IMG/VR virus record: IMGVR_UViG_3300026097_001210
Span: 13,010 to 77,009 of that record
Length of the DNA: 64,000 nucleotides
Direction: 5' to 3' (one strand)
Source: a virus
The notes beneath the pieces are model-generated. The model searched no databases, was not told the DNA's origin, and worked only from the letters and a program-made list of their open reading frames with translations. The position numbers and the translations under genes were made by a program. The number at the start of each line of letters is the position of its first letter. Within the stretch, counting starts at the first letter, position 1. Of this stretch, positions 31,156 to 43,075 are shown piece by piece.

Positions 31156-31950
31156 ATGGTTAAAAACTTATTAAATCAAATAATGGTAGCAGATAAACAA
31201 AAGGCTACCTCTGAAAGTCTTAATGGGCTAATTGAAAAAATTAATTCTGGTTATATTGCTAAGCGAGGACCTAGACATCAACAAAAGAAAAGCTTTGCGC
31301 CCTCCACTATTGCGTATGGGCACGGCGAGTGCCCTAGATATTGGTATCTAGCTTTTGAAGGCGGCACATTCCAAGATCATGCAGACGCTTTTGCAGGGGC
31401 AAACATGACTAATGGAATCAAGTCACATGAAAGAATTCAAGAAGCAATAAAAGACTCTGGAATCCTTGTTGAAGATGAGTTTAAGATAACATTTGATGAC
31501 CCGCCAATTTTTGGTTTCGGTGACGCTCTGGTTGAGTGGGAAGGCGAAGAGCTTCTCATTGAAATTAAGACAGCGATGCAAGAAGGCTTTGAGTACAGAA
31601 AAAGGACGGGCAAGGCAAAGCTAGGACATCTTATTCAGATTTTGATTTATATGAAAATACTGAAAAAAGCTAAAGGTGTTATAATTTATGAGAACAAAAA
31701 TAATCATGAACTGTTGGCGATACCTGTCGAGGTAAATGATTATTATATTAAGTGGGTAGATCAGACGTTTGAATGGATGAGGACGGTTCGTAAAGCTTGG
31801 GAAAATAAAACAATGCCCAAGAAGAACTATAGATCTAATTCAAAAATTTGCAAGACTTGTCCTCTTAGGGCAGTGTGCGATGAGGCTGGTGAGGGAGATA
31901 TAAAGATTAATTCTTTGGAGCCCTTAGATGAAAACATGTCAATGGTGTGA
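31156..31950 (+). CDS. Cas4-like PD-(D/E)XK exonuclease
   Basis: CPRYWY, D...EIK, Q...Y, CKTCPLRAVC (Fe-S staple). Confidence 0.8.
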   Translation: MVKNLLNQIMVADKQKATSESLNGLIEKINSGYIAKRGPRHQQKKSFAPSTIAYGHGECPRYWYLAFEGGTFQDHADAFAGANMTNGIKSHERIQEAIKDSGILVEDEFKITFDDPPIFGFGDALVEWEGEELLIEIKTAMQEGFEYRKRTGKAKLGHLIQILIYMKILKKAKGVIIYENKNNHELLAIPVEVNDYYIKWVDQTFEWMRTVRKAWENKTMPKKNYRSNSKICKTCPLRAVCDEAGEGDIKINSLEPLDENMSMV

Positions 31951-32227
31951 CAACTCCTTTGAGCCAAACGTTGGCTATCAAATATATTGTCGCTCTGAGT
32001 GCAGAGAATCTGCAACAAAAGAAAAAATTGCGCAAAGATATCAAATATCTAGACGTAATAGAATGATGAACAAGAAAAGAAGTTGCAGCTCTTGTGGATT
32101 GCCTCTATCTGCTTACAACGATGAAGATCTTTGCCAGGCCTGCCTTGTTAATCCAAAAGAAGTTTCTAAAGCTTTAAAGGAAATAAAGGGAATAGCTAAT
32201 GGTAAAAACGAGCAATTTAATTTATAG
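31928..32227 (+). CDS. Cys-rich zinc-finger protein
   Basis: Four Cys pairs. Confidence 0.55.
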   Translation: MKTCQWCDNSFEPNVGYQIYCRSECRESATKEKIAQRYQISRRNRMMNKKRSCSSCGLPLSAYNDEDLCQACLVNPKEVSKALKEIKGIANGKNEQFNL

Positions 32228-32774
32228 GCCACAAAGTGTTTGCTCAATTGATGCAAGCACAAATAGCTTGGCTTTTGCTATTTTTAATGAAAAAGAGCTA
32301 CAGTCTTATGGAAAAATTATTTTTTCTGGTTCTGGAACTTATGAAAAAGTTGTTGACGCTGCAATAAAAACCTTAGACTTTTTTAATTTTTATGGCACAC
32401 CAGAAGCGGTTGTGATAGAGCACACCGTTTATTTAAACAGCCCCAAGACAGCGGCAGACCTTGCCTTGGTACAGGGGGCTTTGCTTGGCGCAATGGGCAG
32501 AGCGGGTGTGAAAAAAATTAAATCAATTAACCCAATTGCTTGGCAAACCTATCTTGGAAACGGTAGGCTACAAGCAAAAGAAAAAGAGGGTATTAGAAGA
32601 GCTAATCCAAACAAAAGCAGCTCTTGGTATAAAAACAAAGAAAGAGAATTTAGAAAAGAAAGAACAATTGGTTTTATTAATACCTATTATGATAAATGCA
32701 TAGATGATAACGATATTGCCGATGCCATTGGTATTGGTCATTATGCTATTTATAACTGGGAAAAGCTAACTTGA
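32199..32774 (+). CDS. RuvC-like resolvase
   Basis: SIDAST, VVIE, DDNDIADAIGIG. Confidence 0.8.
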   Translation: MVKTSNLIYRPQSVCSIDASTNSLAFAIFNEKELQSYGKIIFSGSGTYEKVVDAAIKTLDFFNFYGTPEAVVIEHTVYLNSPKTAADLALVQGALLGAMGRAGVKKIKSINPIAWQTYLGNGRLQAKEKEGIRRANPNKSSSWYKNKEREFRKERTIGFINTYYDKCIDDNDIADAIGIGHYAIYNWEKLT

Positions 32775-32786
32775 CAGGAGGCCTAA

Positions 32787-32942
32787 TTGGCTGCTAAACT
32801 TTATCAAAACCCTATGTGGTTAAAAAAAAGATTTCAAATAGATAAAAAAACTCCACAAGATATTGCGAAAGAGTGTGGAGCAAGCACTGCAACTATATAC
32901 AATTATTTAGACAAGTTTGGTTTAAAGAAAAAAAATAAATAA
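32787..32942 (+). CDS. Small HTH protein (51 aa, not in the ORF track)
   Basis: TTG start after AGGAGG; MAAKLYQNPMWLKKRFQIDKKTPQDIAKECGASTATIYNYLDKFGLKKKNK. Confidence 0.7.
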   Translation: MAAKLYQNPMWLKKRFQIDKKTPQDIAKECGASTATIYNYLDKFGLKKKNK

Positions 32943-32960
32943 AAAATTTCAAGGAGAGAG

Positions 32961-34004
32961 ATGAAAAAATATACAAGTGAAGAGCACCTGTCTTTCGATG
33001 ACATTTTGCTAGTTCCTCAACACTCCAGCATTTCAAGTCGTAAAGACGTGAGCACTAGGGTAAGCCTGGGCAGCGGAATGACGGGATTTAGTCTTAACGT
33101 TCCAGTAATTGCAGCACCTATGGATACCGTATGCGAATGGGAGATGGCTGTTGGTATTCGTAAAGCTGGCGGCATTGGAACCTTGCATCGCTACATGCCC
33201 ATTGAAGAGCAGGCTCGGCACATTAAGATGGCTAAGGCTAACGGCGCTATTGTTGGTGGGTCTGTGGGGGCTATCGGACAGTTTGAACATGATGCCGCTG
33301 AGCTTTTGGAGGCTGGAGCAACATTTATTTTGATTGATGTGGCTAACGGTCATAGTGACCACGCAATGCTTGCTACACAAAGGCTCAAAAAGAGCTTTGG
33401 CAGAGAGACCCACATTATGTCTGGAAATGTATCTACATGGGAGGGCTACGCCAAGTTAGCAGATGCTGGGGCAGATTCAATTAGGGTGGGCATCGGAGGC
33501 GGATCGGCTTGCACTACTCGTGTTGTAACTGGTCACGGCGTCCCCACTCTGGCATCTATTATGGATATTAGAAACAATTTTAAATACGGAGAAGGACCAG
33601 ACATCATTGCCGATGGTGGAATTCGCAACTCTGGGGATGCCGCTAAAGCTCTTGCTGCTGGCGCAAACGCCGTAATGCTTGGTCGCATGCTAGCTGGCAC
33701 CAAGGAGTCCCCAGGGGAGATAGTGGAGGGGCGTAAAGTATTTCGTGGGATGGCATCGGCAGAAGCACAGCACGAAGGTAGGGGCTCTGTTTCTGGAGTA
33801 GAAGGAATTGCCACAACCGTACCATTTGTGGGACGGGTTTGTGACATCGTAGATGAGCTTGCCGCAGGCCTCAGAAGTGCAATGTCTTACACGGGAGTGG
33901 ACAACCTAGTTGATTTCTATCATCACAGCGTGTATAATAGAGTTTCAGGTAATTCGTTAAACGAAACAAGACCTCACGCTAAGGAGTTAAATGCCTCGTC
34001 GTAA
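32961..34004 (+). CDS. guaB: IMP dehydrogenase/GMP reductase family (CBS-less)
   Basis: LSFDDILLVP, APMDTV, GIGGGSACTT (catalytic Cys), IIADGGI, RGMAS. Confidence 0.88.
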   Translation: MKKYTSEEHLSFDDILLVPQHSSISSRKDVSTRVSLGSGMTGFSLNVPVIAAPMDTVCEWEMAVGIRKAGGIGTLHRYMPIEEQARHIKMAKANGAIVGGSVGAIGQFEHDAAELLEAGATFILIDVANGHSDHAMLATQRLKKSFGRETHIMSGNVSTWEGYAKLADAGADSIRVGIGGGSACTTRVVTGHGVPTLASIMDIRNNFKYGEGPDIIADGGIRNSGDAAKALAAGANAVMLGRMLAGTKESPGEIVEGRKVFRGMASAEAQHEGRGSVSGVEGIATTVPFVGRVCDIVDELAAGLRSAMSYTGVDNLVDFYHHSVYNRVSGNSLNETRPHAKELNASS

Positions 34005-34281
34005 AAGGGTAAGCGCAAAACCAACCTACTTTGTCACAGAGCCTTATATGGAAGTGGATGGTTTTCCCATTCATGCTGGTGACATTATAAAGGTGAGGGG
34101 CGAATACGGCACTAAGTTTAAATTTGTTGGTGTCACTACTAACACCCTGACAGGTTCTAATTGGGTTGACTGTCATGAAATTTTTAGAGGTAAGCCCCAA
34201 CAGTTTAGAGCTTTTAAACAAGATAAGATTAAGCGGGTACCGCAAAAGGGAAGAAGGGCTAAACGTGTCGCAAAGTCCTGA
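33991..34281 (+). CDS. Hypothetical basic SH3-like protein
   Basis: ORF with AAGGAG RBS. Confidence 0.5.
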   Translation: MPRRKRVSAKPTYFVTEPYMEVDGFPIHAGDIIKVRGEYGTKFKFVGVTTNTLTGSNWVDCHEIFRGKPQQFRAFKQDKIKRVPQKGRRAKRVAKS

Positions 34282-34807
34282 AGAAGAAATCACTAAACAT
34301 TTAGACACTGTAAATAAAGTGGTTGGAGAATACCTTAAGGGAAACGATCCAACTAAAATTTCTAAACAGCTCGATATGCCCAGAACAAAGGTTGTTACTT
34401 TAATTAAAGAGTGGCAGTCCATGGCTTCTGATAATAGTGCTATTAGGGCTAGGGCTAAAGAAGCATTGGCTGCCGCGGATGAACACTATAGTAGATTAAT
34501 TAGCCAAGCCTACGAAGTTATTGATGATGCAACAACCAATGGAGATTTGCGCAATAAGTCTGGTGGCATCAAACTTGTTATGGACTTAGAGTCCAAGCGC
34601 ATTGAAATGTTGCAGAAAGCTGGGCTGTTAGAAAACAAAGAGCTAGCAGAAGAGATGTTGGAGATTGAGCGCAGGCAAGAGATCTTGATGGGTATTCTTA
34701 AGGATATTGCTGCAGAACATCCAGAAGTTCGTGATAAAATTATGGGCAAGCTTTCAGAGGCTTCTCAGGGCTTAAATGAAACGGTAACGATAGTACATAA
34801 TGTTTGA
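34265..34807 (+). CDS. Putative terminase small subunit
   Basis: N-terminal HTH plus helical region, overlapping the TerL start; GTG 34265 preferred. Confidence 0.6.
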   Translation: MSQSPEEEITKHLDTVNKVVGEYLKGNDPTKISKQLDMPRTKVVTLIKEWQSMASDNSAIRARAKEALAAADEHYSRLISQAYEVIDDATTNGDLRNKSGGIKLVMDLESKRIEMLQKAGLLENKELAEEMLEIERRQEILMGILKDIAAEHPEVRDKIMGKLSEASQGLNETVTIVHNV

Positions 34808-36575
34808 TGATTTTTTAGAGGCATTACAAGACAATCCATTCGAAGAAGAGCCCGTGGATGTTGTCACTTTTGTAGAAAGCGAAGACTTTTTAGGCCAACC
34901 ACCGCTTTCTGAAATTCAATACGACATTGTCCGTGCAATGAGTCAAATTTACGAAAAACAAGACCTGGTAAGCTTGATGGGGCACGAAGAGGGGGCTCGT
35001 TATTATCAGAAGTATACTAAGAATGAAATTATTCTTCAGCTTGGTAAAGGATCTGGAAAAGACTTCACCTCTACCGTTGCAGTAGCTTTTGTTGTTTATA
35101 AACTGCTTTGTCTAAAAGATCCCGCCAGGTATTTTGGCAAACCTTCTGGCGATGCTATTGATATTATTAACGTTGCAATCAATGCGCAGCAAGCAAAAAA
35201 CGTTTTTTTCAAGGGGTTTAAAAGTAAAATTGAGAGATCTCCATGGTTCGCAGGAAAATATTATGCCAAGATGGACTCAATAGAGTTTGACAAATCCATT
35301 ACCGTTTATTCTGGTCACTCAGAAAGAGAGTCTCATGAGGGCCTAAACTTGTTGATCGCTGTTTTGGATGAGATCTCTGGTTTTGCTAGTGAAACCGCAA
35401 GCGGCAACGACCAGGGTAAAACAGCAGACAACATATACAAGGCCTTCCGTGGTACGGTAGACTCTCGTTTTCCCGATTTAGGCAAGGTGGTTCTTCTTTC
35501 CTTCCCCCGATACCCTGGTGACTTTATATCCACAAAATATGAAGATTGTATTTTGGAGAAAGAAGTAGTTAAAAGAACACACACCTTTACTATTAATCCA
35601 GAACTGCCAGAAAACCAAGAAGGAAATACTTTAGACATTGAGTGGGATGAAGATCACATTATTTCTTACAAATATCCAAACACTTATGCACTTAAAAGAC
35701 CTACTTGGGAAGTTAACCCCACTCGAAAAATAGAAGACTTTAAGCTAGCCTTCTTTACTGATATGGGGGATGCAATGATGAGATTTTTATGCATTCCCAA
35801 ATTTGCGTCAGATACTTTTTTCAAGCAACGTGAAAAGGTTCAGTCTTGTATGACTGGGCGTAATCCTCTAGATACCTTTAGGCGCTTTGATTCTAATTTT
35901 AAACCAGATAAAGATAAAAAGTATTTTGTCCACGCGGACCTTGCCCAAAAACATGACAAGTGTGCAGTGGCAATTGCTCACGTAGAAAAGTGGGTAAATA
36001 TTCAAATTTCTAAAGACTACGAACAGGTTGTCCCCTTTGTAGTTGTAGATGCTGTAGCTTGGTGGGAGCCAAGGGTAGAGGGGCCAGTAGACCTTTCAGA
36101 AGTTAAGCAGTGGATACAAGGACTTAAAAGGATGGGTTTTGATATTGGCATGGTTAGCTTTGACCGATGGCAGTCGTTTGATATTCAAAACGAGCTAAAG
36201 TCTTACGGTATCAGAACAGAAACTGTTTCGGTAGCAAAAAAACACTATGAGGATTTGGCTATGCTTATTTATGAAGAGAGGGTCGTAATGCCAGCAATCG
36301 ATCTTTTGTTTGAAGAGCTGACGGAGCTTAAAATTATGAGAAACAACAAGGTTGATCACCCCAGAAAGAAGTCTAAAGACCTTGCGGATGCTGTTTGTGG
36401 TTCTGTGTTTGGCGCTATCTCTCACACGCCAAGAGATAATGATCTTGAGGTAGAGGTTCACACCTTTAGAGATAGACCAAGAAGAGAACTTGAAGAGTTG
36501 CCAGATAACGTGATACAATATAAAGCCATGCCAGATGATGTTAAAGATTATTTGGATCGTTTTGGGCTTGTCTAG
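34800..36575 (+). CDS. terL: Terminase large subunit
   Basis: Walker A GKGSGKD, Walker B AVLDE, nuclease HADLA...FDRW...DHP....KDLADA. Confidence 0.9.
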   Translation: MFDDFLEALQDNPFEEEPVDVVTFVESEDFLGQPPLSEIQYDIVRAMSQIYEKQDLVSLMGHEEGARYYQKYTKNEIILQLGKGSGKDFTSTVAVAFVVYKLLCLKDPARYFGKPSGDAIDIINVAINAQQAKNVFFKGFKSKIERSPWFAGKYYAKMDSIEFDKSITVYSGHSERESHEGLNLLIAVLDEISGFASETASGNDQGKTADNIYKAFRGTVDSRFPDLGKVVLLSFPRYPGDFISTKYEDCILEKEVVKRTHTFTINPELPENQEGNTLDIEWDEDHIISYKYPNTYALKRPTWEVNPTRKIEDFKLAFFTDMGDAMMRFLCIPKFASDTFFKQREKVQSCMTGRNPLDTFRRFDSNFKPDKDKKYFVHADLAQKHDKCAVAIAHVEKWVNIQISKDYEQVVPFVVVDAVAWWEPRVEGPVDLSEVKQWIQGLKRMGFDIGMVSFDRWQSFDIQNELKSYGIRTETVSVAKKHYEDLAMLIYEERVVMPAIDLLFEELTELKIMRNNKVDHPRKKSKDLADAVCGSVFGAISHTPRDNDLEVEVHTFRDRPRRELEELPDNVIQYKAMPDDVKDYLDRFGLV

Positions 36576-36637
36576 TACAAAATATTGTGCATATTTTAAG
36601 ATTTGACCACTAGGTTTTGTGTAAAGGAAGAGTATAA

Positions 36638-37051
36638 TTGTTACCTATTGACATCGTGTACTTCTCTCACAAGTCCGAAAACACTAAAAGATTTGTAGAA
36701 AAACTAGATGTCAATGCTTACAGGATACCGCTAGATTGGGATGACAGCAATCCTTACCAACACTTAAGTGATTATGTGTTGGTATTGCCAACTTATGGTA
36801 ACGGTAATGATAGACATACTATCCCTAAGCAAGTAAAGAAATTTCTAAACATACCAGAGAATAGAAATCATCTCAAGGGTGTGATTGGAACGGGTAATAC
36901 AAACTTTGGAGAGCACTTCTGCAAAGCAGCATATATGATTGCCGCAAAAGTGGGGGTACCTCTGATTGCTAAAGTAGAAATCTTTGGCACAGAACAAGAC
37001 GTTGAAAAAGTAAAAGAAGGGTTAAGGCTGCTTTATGAGTACGAACTATAG
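36638..37051 (+). CDS. nrdI: Flavodoxin NrdI
   Basis: [23 protein letters not shown]. Confidence 0.92.
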   Translation: MLPIDIVYFSHKSENTKRFVEKLDVNAYRIPLDWDDSNPYQHLSDYVLVLPTYGNGNDRHTIPKQVKKFLNIPENRNHLKGVIGTGNTNFGEHFCKAAYMIAAKVGVPLIAKVEIFGTEQDVEKVKEGLRLLYEYEL

Positions 37052-39152
37052 CTATCACGAGCTAAACGCAATGCTAAATCTATATGATGAGAATGGCAAG
37101 ATTCAATTTGACAAAGACAGGGAAGCAGCTAAAAGATACTTTCTTGATCACGTAAACCAAAATACTGTATTCTTTCACAGCTTAGAAGAAAAGATTGAAT
37201 ATCTAATAGAAGAAGAATACTACGAAAAAGAGTTGCTGGATCAGTATGACTTCGAGTTTATTAAGTCTTTGTTTAAGCAAGCATATGCACACAAATTTCG
37301 ATTCCCCACCTTTGTTGGGGCGTACAAGTTTTACACCAGCTACGCACTAAAGACATTTAATGGTAGTCGCTACCTTGAAAGGTTCGAAGATCGCGTCTGT
37401 ATGAACGCCCTGATGCTTGCTAGAGGCGATAAGAAACTTGCTCAAAACCTAGTAGACGAGATTATTTCTGGACGATTTCAACCAGCTACACCCACCTTTT
37501 TAAACGCAGGCAAGAAGCAAAGGGGTGAGTTTGTGAGCTGTTTCCTGCTTCGCATTGAAGATAATATGGAGTCTATCTCACGAGGCATCAACTCTTCATT
37601 GCAGTTGTCTAAGCGAGGAGGGGGTGTAGCACTTAACATGACAAACCTTCGTGAAGCTGGCGCACCGATTAAGAAAATTGAGGGCCAATCCTCTGGCGTT
37701 CTTCCAGTAATGAAACTGCTAGAAGACAGCTTTAGTTATGCCAATCAGCTAGGTGCTCGTCAGGGTGCTGGGGCGGTATATCTTAATGCACATCACCCAG
37801 ATATCCTTCAGTTCCTCGACACCAAGCGAGAGAATGCGGATGAGAAGGTTCGTATCAAGACGCTAAGCCTTGGGGTAGTGGTTCCAGACATTACCCTTGA
37901 GTTAGCCAAGTCAAACGAAGACATGTACCTATTTTCTCCATACGATGTGGAAAGAGTCTACGGCCTTCCTATGTCTGATATTTCTGTTACCGAAAAGTAT
38001 CAAGAGATGGTGGACAACCCAGACATTCGTAAAAAGAAAATTAGTGCTCGCGGTTTGTTTCAAACTATTGCAGAGCTACAGTTTGAGTCGGGGTATCCTT
38101 ACATTGTCTATGAAGACAACGTAAACAACGTAAACCCAATCGAAGGTCGAATCAATATGTCTAACTTGTGCTCTGAAATTTTGCAGGTAAATGAGCCAAC
38201 AACATACAACGACGACTTATCGTATAACCACATTGGTAGAGATATCAGCTGCAATCTGGGCTCAATGAACATTGCTAAAATGATGGAGTCGCCAGACTTT
38301 GGAAAGAGTGTTGACACAGCAATCAAGGCACTGACTTCTGTGGCCGATCTTAGCTACATCGAGTCTGTAATGTCAATTGCTGAGGGCAACAAAAAGACTA
38401 GAGCAATTGGTCTGGGTCAAATGAATCTTCACGGGTACTTTGGAAAAGAAAGAATGCATTATGGTGACGAGGAGTCTCTAGACTTTACCAATATGTATTT
38501 TTATACTATTCTTTATCACTCTCTTAAGTCTTCTAACGAAACTGCTAAGAAGACTGGTAGCCCATTCTACAACTTTGAAAATTCGAAGTATGCGACGGGA
38601 GAGTTCTTCGACAAATATACTAACATATCATGGGCACCTGTAACGAAAAAGGTTGCCAAGCTTTTTAAGGATGCCGACATTGAAATCCCCAATCAGTCTG
38701 ACTGGGAAAAGCTTAAGAAGTCTGTTATGAAGCATGGCTTATATAACCAGAATCTTCAGGCAGTACCGCCAACAGGATCAATTAGTTATATCAATAACAG
38801 TACTAGCTCGATTCACCCTATCGCTTCTCAGGTTGAGATTCGTAAGGAAGGAAAGCTGGGGCGTGTTTACTATCCTGCACCATACCTTACAAACGACAAC
38901 AGGGAATACTTCATGGATGCTTATGAAGTAGGGCCAGAAAAGATTATTGATGTGTATGCTGCTGCAAGCCAGCACGTAGACCAAGGCCTATCCCTTACCT
39001 TATTCTTTAAAGACGAGGCAACCACACGTGATATCAACCGTGCACAGATTTACGCATGGAAGAAGGGTATCAAAACAATTTATTATATTCGTATTAGGCA
39101 ACAGGCCTTAGAAGGAACAGAAATGGAGGGCTGCGTTTCTTGCCAGCTATGA
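37035..39152 (+). CDS. nrdE: Class Ib ribonucleotide reductase alpha subunit
   Basis: [36 protein letters not shown]-terminal CVSC. Confidence 0.96.
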   Translation: MSTNYSYHELNAMLNLYDENGKIQFDKDREAAKRYFLDHVNQNTVFFHSLEEKIEYLIEEEYYEKELLDQYDFEFIKSLFKQAYAHKFRFPTFVGAYKFYTSYALKTFNGSRYLERFEDRVCMNALMLARGDKKLAQNLVDEIISGRFQPATPTFLNAGKKQRGEFVSCFLLRIEDNMESISRGINSSLQLSKRGGGVALNMTNLREAGAPIKKIEGQSSGVLPVMKLLEDSFSYANQLGARQGAGAVYLNAHHPDILQFLDTKRENADEKVRIKTLSLGVVVPDITLELAKSNEDMYLFSPYDVERVYGLPMSDISVTEKYQEMVDNPDIRKKKISARGLFQTIAELQFESGYPYIVYEDNVNNVNPIEGRINMSNLCSEILQVNEPTTYNDDLSYNHIGRDISCNLGSMNIAKMMESPDFGKSVDTAIKALTSVADLSYIESVMSIAEGNKKTRAIGLGQMNLHGYFGKERMHYGDEESLDFTNMYFYTILYHSLKSSNETAKKTGSPFYNFENSKYATGEFFDKYTNISWAPVTKKVAKLFKDADIEIPNQSDWEKLKKSVMKHGLYNQNLQAVPPTGSISYINNSTSSIHPIASQVEIRKEGKLGRVYYPAPYLTNDNREYFMDAYEVGPEKIIDVYAAASQHVDQGLSLTLFFKDEATTRDINRAQIYAWKKGIKTIYYIRIRQQALEGTEMEGCVSCQL

Positions 39153-39172
39153 GTGTGTGATACCATAGATAT

Positions 39173-40677
<1,505 letters not shown>

Positions 40678-40680
40678 TCA

Positions 40681-40815
40681 ATGACATACGAACAAGACCT
40701 AGCTAGCTGGCTAGCCGATCCTGATAATCTTAATAAATTTATCGGAGTAGCTGTTACAGAATCTTTGGGGTATAAGTTGACAGAAGACGGTCAATGGGTT
40801 AAACTATATTCATGA
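40681..40815 (+). CDS. Small hypothetical protein (44 aa, not in the ORF track)
   Basis: MTYEQDLASWLADPDNLNKF...; fills the gap; ATGA overlap with the next ORF. Confidence 0.5.
   Translation: MTYEQDLASWLADPDNLNKFIGVAVTESLGYKLTEDGQWVKLYS
40777..40805 (+). promoter_or_regulatory. SigA-type promoter (leaderless)
   Basis: TTGACA-17-TAAACT, 6 nt before ATG 40812. Confidence 0.6.
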
Positions 40816-40994
40816 CAGTTCCTATTGAATCAATTGAATTTGCTGACTGGCTTCAGCAAGGTATGAATAATGGATGGATTTCTCGTCCCTTTTGCAATAC
40901 GCACGATATGGATCCAGCCATGACAGAAGAAGAAGAAGCTGAATGGGAAGCAGGCGGGGACCCATGTCAACATGTTGTAAGGATAAATGTTTAA
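40812..40994 (+). CDS. Hypothetical protein
   Basis: C.TH D...W..G.DPC.H pattern. Confidence 0.55.
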   Translation: MTVPIESIEFADWLQQGMNNGWISRPFCNTHDMDPAMTEEEEAEWEAGGDPCQHVVRINV

Positions 40995-41741
40995 ATGAAA
41001 AGAATTTTTGACTGGAAATCAAATCATGATAACAGGTCTAGGCAATATAGCATCAGGCAGGTTATTGGAAACAACATTAAACCAACAAAAATATTGTGGG
41101 AAGAGGGCACAGTTCTTGACCAGGGCTCGGAAGGGGCCTGTGTTGGATTTGCTTGGACGGCAGAGCTTTTAGCAGAGCCATCGGCTCCAGAGAGTCAGCC
41201 TAGCGAAGAATTTGCAAATGCATTAGCTAGTGAATTTTATCAGGAAGCCAAGCACGTTGATGAATGGCCAGGGACAAACTATGAAGGCACTTCAGTTTTG
41301 GCGGGTGCAAAAATTATGCATCGTAAAGGTTTTATCAAACAATATCGTTGGTGCTTTAGTGTAGACGAGGTAAGAGATGCCCTTATCGCAGAAGGCCCTG
41401 TAGTAATTGGAATACCCTGGCTAAGCGGTATGTATGAAACAGCACCTGGTGGTATTGTAAGGGTATTTGGAAAGCCAGTAGGTGGCCACGCTCTAGTTTT
41501 AACGGGGTACAACCCAGCAATGAACATTGGTCAATCCACAGAAGAGTGTTTCCGTTGGAGAAATTCCTGGGGGAATGATTATGGAAATAACGGATCAGGA
41601 TGGATTAGACGTAAAGATTTAGAAAAATTACTTGCCTCTAATGGAGAAGCTTGTGTTCCAATGCAAAGACAAACCCCTATTTTTAAGAAAGCAAAGGTAT
41701 CTAAAATAAAACGATGGTTTAGTTTTATTTGTAAAAAATAA
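40995..41741 (+). CDS. Papain-like (C1) cysteine peptidase
   Basis: DQGSEGACVGFA, GGHALVLTGY, RNSWG catalytic motifs. Confidence 0.85.
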   Translation: MKRIFDWKSNHDNRSRQYSIRQVIGNNIKPTKILWEEGTVLDQGSEGACVGFAWTAELLAEPSAPESQPSEEFANALASEFYQEAKHVDEWPGTNYEGTSVLAGAKIMHRKGFIKQYRWCFSVDEVRDALIAEGPVVIGIPWLSGMYETAPGGIVRVFGKPVGGHALVLTGYNPAMNIGQSTEECFRWRNSWGNDYGNNGSGWIRRKDLEKLLASNGEACVPMQRQTPIFKKAKVSKIKRWFSFICKK

Positions 41742-41749
41742 TTAAATAT

Positions 41750-41822
41750 TGGGGTGTGGCGAAATTGGCAGATCGTTCGATTGTTAATCGATAGGTTGTA
41801 GAATCGTACCCTACCACCCCAG
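41750..41822 (+). tRNA. tRNA-Asn(GTT), atypical or possibly pseudo
   Basis: TGGGGTG/CACCCCA acceptor stem; loop TTGTTAA; degenerate T-loop ATCGTAC. Confidence 0.6.
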
Positions 41823-41851
41823 CGGTTCAATTTTTATGATATAATTGAACC

Positions 41852-42259
41852 ATGAAACACAAAAAAAATATTCTTAGGCTAAGGGCGGAGGGAAAATCTT
41901 ATCGAGAGATCCAAAACATAATTGGCTGCTCTAAGGGAACTATTGCTTTTCATTTGGGCGAGGGGCAAAAAGAAAAATACTATGAAACAACCAAAAGGAG
42001 AAGAACAGAGCTTTCTAGAAAAATTTGGGATATAAAAGAAGCCTCTGGCTGCGTTGATTGTGGAGAGAAATATCCTCACTTTATGTTGGATTTTGACCAT
42101 CTTCCAGGATATGAAAAAGTGAATAGCCCAACATATTTGGCCAGGACTTACAGCCTAAAAAGAGCAATGGAAGAAATTGAAAAGTGTGAAATTGTTTGTG
42201 CAAATTGTCACAAAATTAGAACCTGGAACAGAAATATTAATCCAGAACAGATAGCCTAA
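41852..42259 (+). CDS. HTH-HNH endonuclease
   Basis: CVDCG...DFDH...CANCH. Confidence 0.8.
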   Translation: MKHKKNILRLRAEGKSYREIQNIIGCSKGTIAFHLGEGQKEKYYETTKRRRTELSRKIWDIKEASGCVDCGEKYPHFMLDFDHLPGYEKVNSPTYLARTYSLKRAMEEIEKCEIVCANCHKIRTWNRNINPEQIA

Positions 42260-42264
42260 TAATT

Positions 42265-42335
42265 GCGAATATAGTTTAATGGTAAAACTACAGTCTTCCA
42301 AACTGTTGATGTGAGTTCGATTCTCACTATTCGCT
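42265..42335 (+). tRNA. tRNA-Gly(TCC)
   Basis: GCGAATA/TATTCGC; ACAGT-CTTCCAA-ACTGT; GTGAG-TTCGATT-CTCAC. Confidence 0.93.
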
Positions 42336-42336
42336 C

Positions 42337-42408
42337 GGCCCTGTAGCTCAAAGGAAGAGCATCCGCCTGTCCAGCGGAAGGTTGAGATTTCGAAATTCTT
42401 CAGGGTCG
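42337..42408 (+). tRNA. tRNA-Asp(GTC)
   Basis: GGCCCTG/CAGGGTC; TCCGC-CTGTCCA-GCGGA; TTCGAAA loop. Confidence 0.82.
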
Positions 42409-42425
42409 CTGATAATTAAATATAT

Positions 42426-42497
42426 GCCCCCTTAGCTCAAAGGCAGAGCGCCACTCTTGTAAAGTGGAGGTTGAGATCTCGGAATTCTCAGGGGGCT
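42426..42497 (+). tRNA. tRNA-Thr(TGT)
   Basis: GCCCCCT/AGGGGGC; CCACT-CTTGTAA-AGTGG; variant T-loop CTCGGAA. Confidence 0.82.
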
Positions 42498-42512
42498 CTA
42501 ATAATTAAATAT

Positions 42513-42590
42513 GCCCCTGTAGCTCAGTGGATAGAGCGGAGTCCTTCTAAGTCTTGTCAGTCGCAGATTCGAATTCTGCCAGGGGCACCA
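42513..42590 (+). tRNA. tRNA-Arg(TCT)
   Basis: GCCCCTG/CAGGGGC-A-CCA; loop CTTCTAA; GCAGA-TTCGAAT-TCTGC. Confidence 0.9.
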
Positions 42591-42611
42591 AAAGGAGATA
42601 TAATATTAACA

Positions 42612-43040
42612 ATGTCAGCAGTGATTATTTATAATAATGGTGGTATGGAAATACTGGGTGCTGTCAGTGTTAAGAAGTCTATTACTATGCTATACCGTGG
42701 CGTTGCACGGGTACGCACTGAATCGGAGGATGGGCGGTTTGGTCCATACCCTATCCCTAAGTCTTTAGAATTAAACAAATATATTTTTCCTAAGTGGAAG
42801 TATAGTAGAAAAACTATTCATTATTCTCGTAAGGGTGTTTTGGAGCGGGATGGATATATTTGTGCATATTGTCATGAGTATGCTAATACTATTGATCATG
42901 TTATTCCTAAGTGTGATGGTGGGGAATCTACTTGGTTAAATACCGTCGCTTGTTGCAAAAAATGTAATACCGTAAAAGCTGGCAGAACACCAGAAAAGGC
43001 GAGTATGATTCTTAGGAATAAGCCTGCTATGCCAGCTTGA
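42612..43040 (+). CDS. HNH endonuclease (McrA-like)
   Basis: RDGYICAYC...TIDHVIP..GG..W.N.VACC..CN; start moved to ATG 42612 because the longer ORF runs through tRNAs. Confidence 0.88.
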   Translation: MSAVIIYNNGGMEILGAVSVKKSITMLYRGVARVRTESEDGRFGPYPIPKSLELNKYIFPKWKYSRKTIHYSRKGVLERDGYICAYCHEYANTIDHVIPKCDGGESTWLNTVACCKKCNTVKAGRTPEKASMILRNKPAMPA

Positions 43041-43065
43041 CAATGATATCGATGACCTGTATTAT
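43037..43065 (+). promoter_or_regulatory. SigA-type promoter for the atypical tRNA/thyX
   Basis: TTGACA-17-TATTAT. Confidence 0.7.
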
Positions 43066-43075
43066 TTAATGGTGA

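Noticed and set aside
31156-31950. CRISPR-Cas system suggested by the Cas4-like gene
   Set aside because: No cas1/cas2 and no array seen; solo Cas4-like nucleases are common in phage recombination modules
42471-42611. N-terminal extension of the HNH ORF
   Set aside because: It reads through tRNA-Thr and tRNA-Arg; ATG 42612 has AAGGAG and TATAAT upstream
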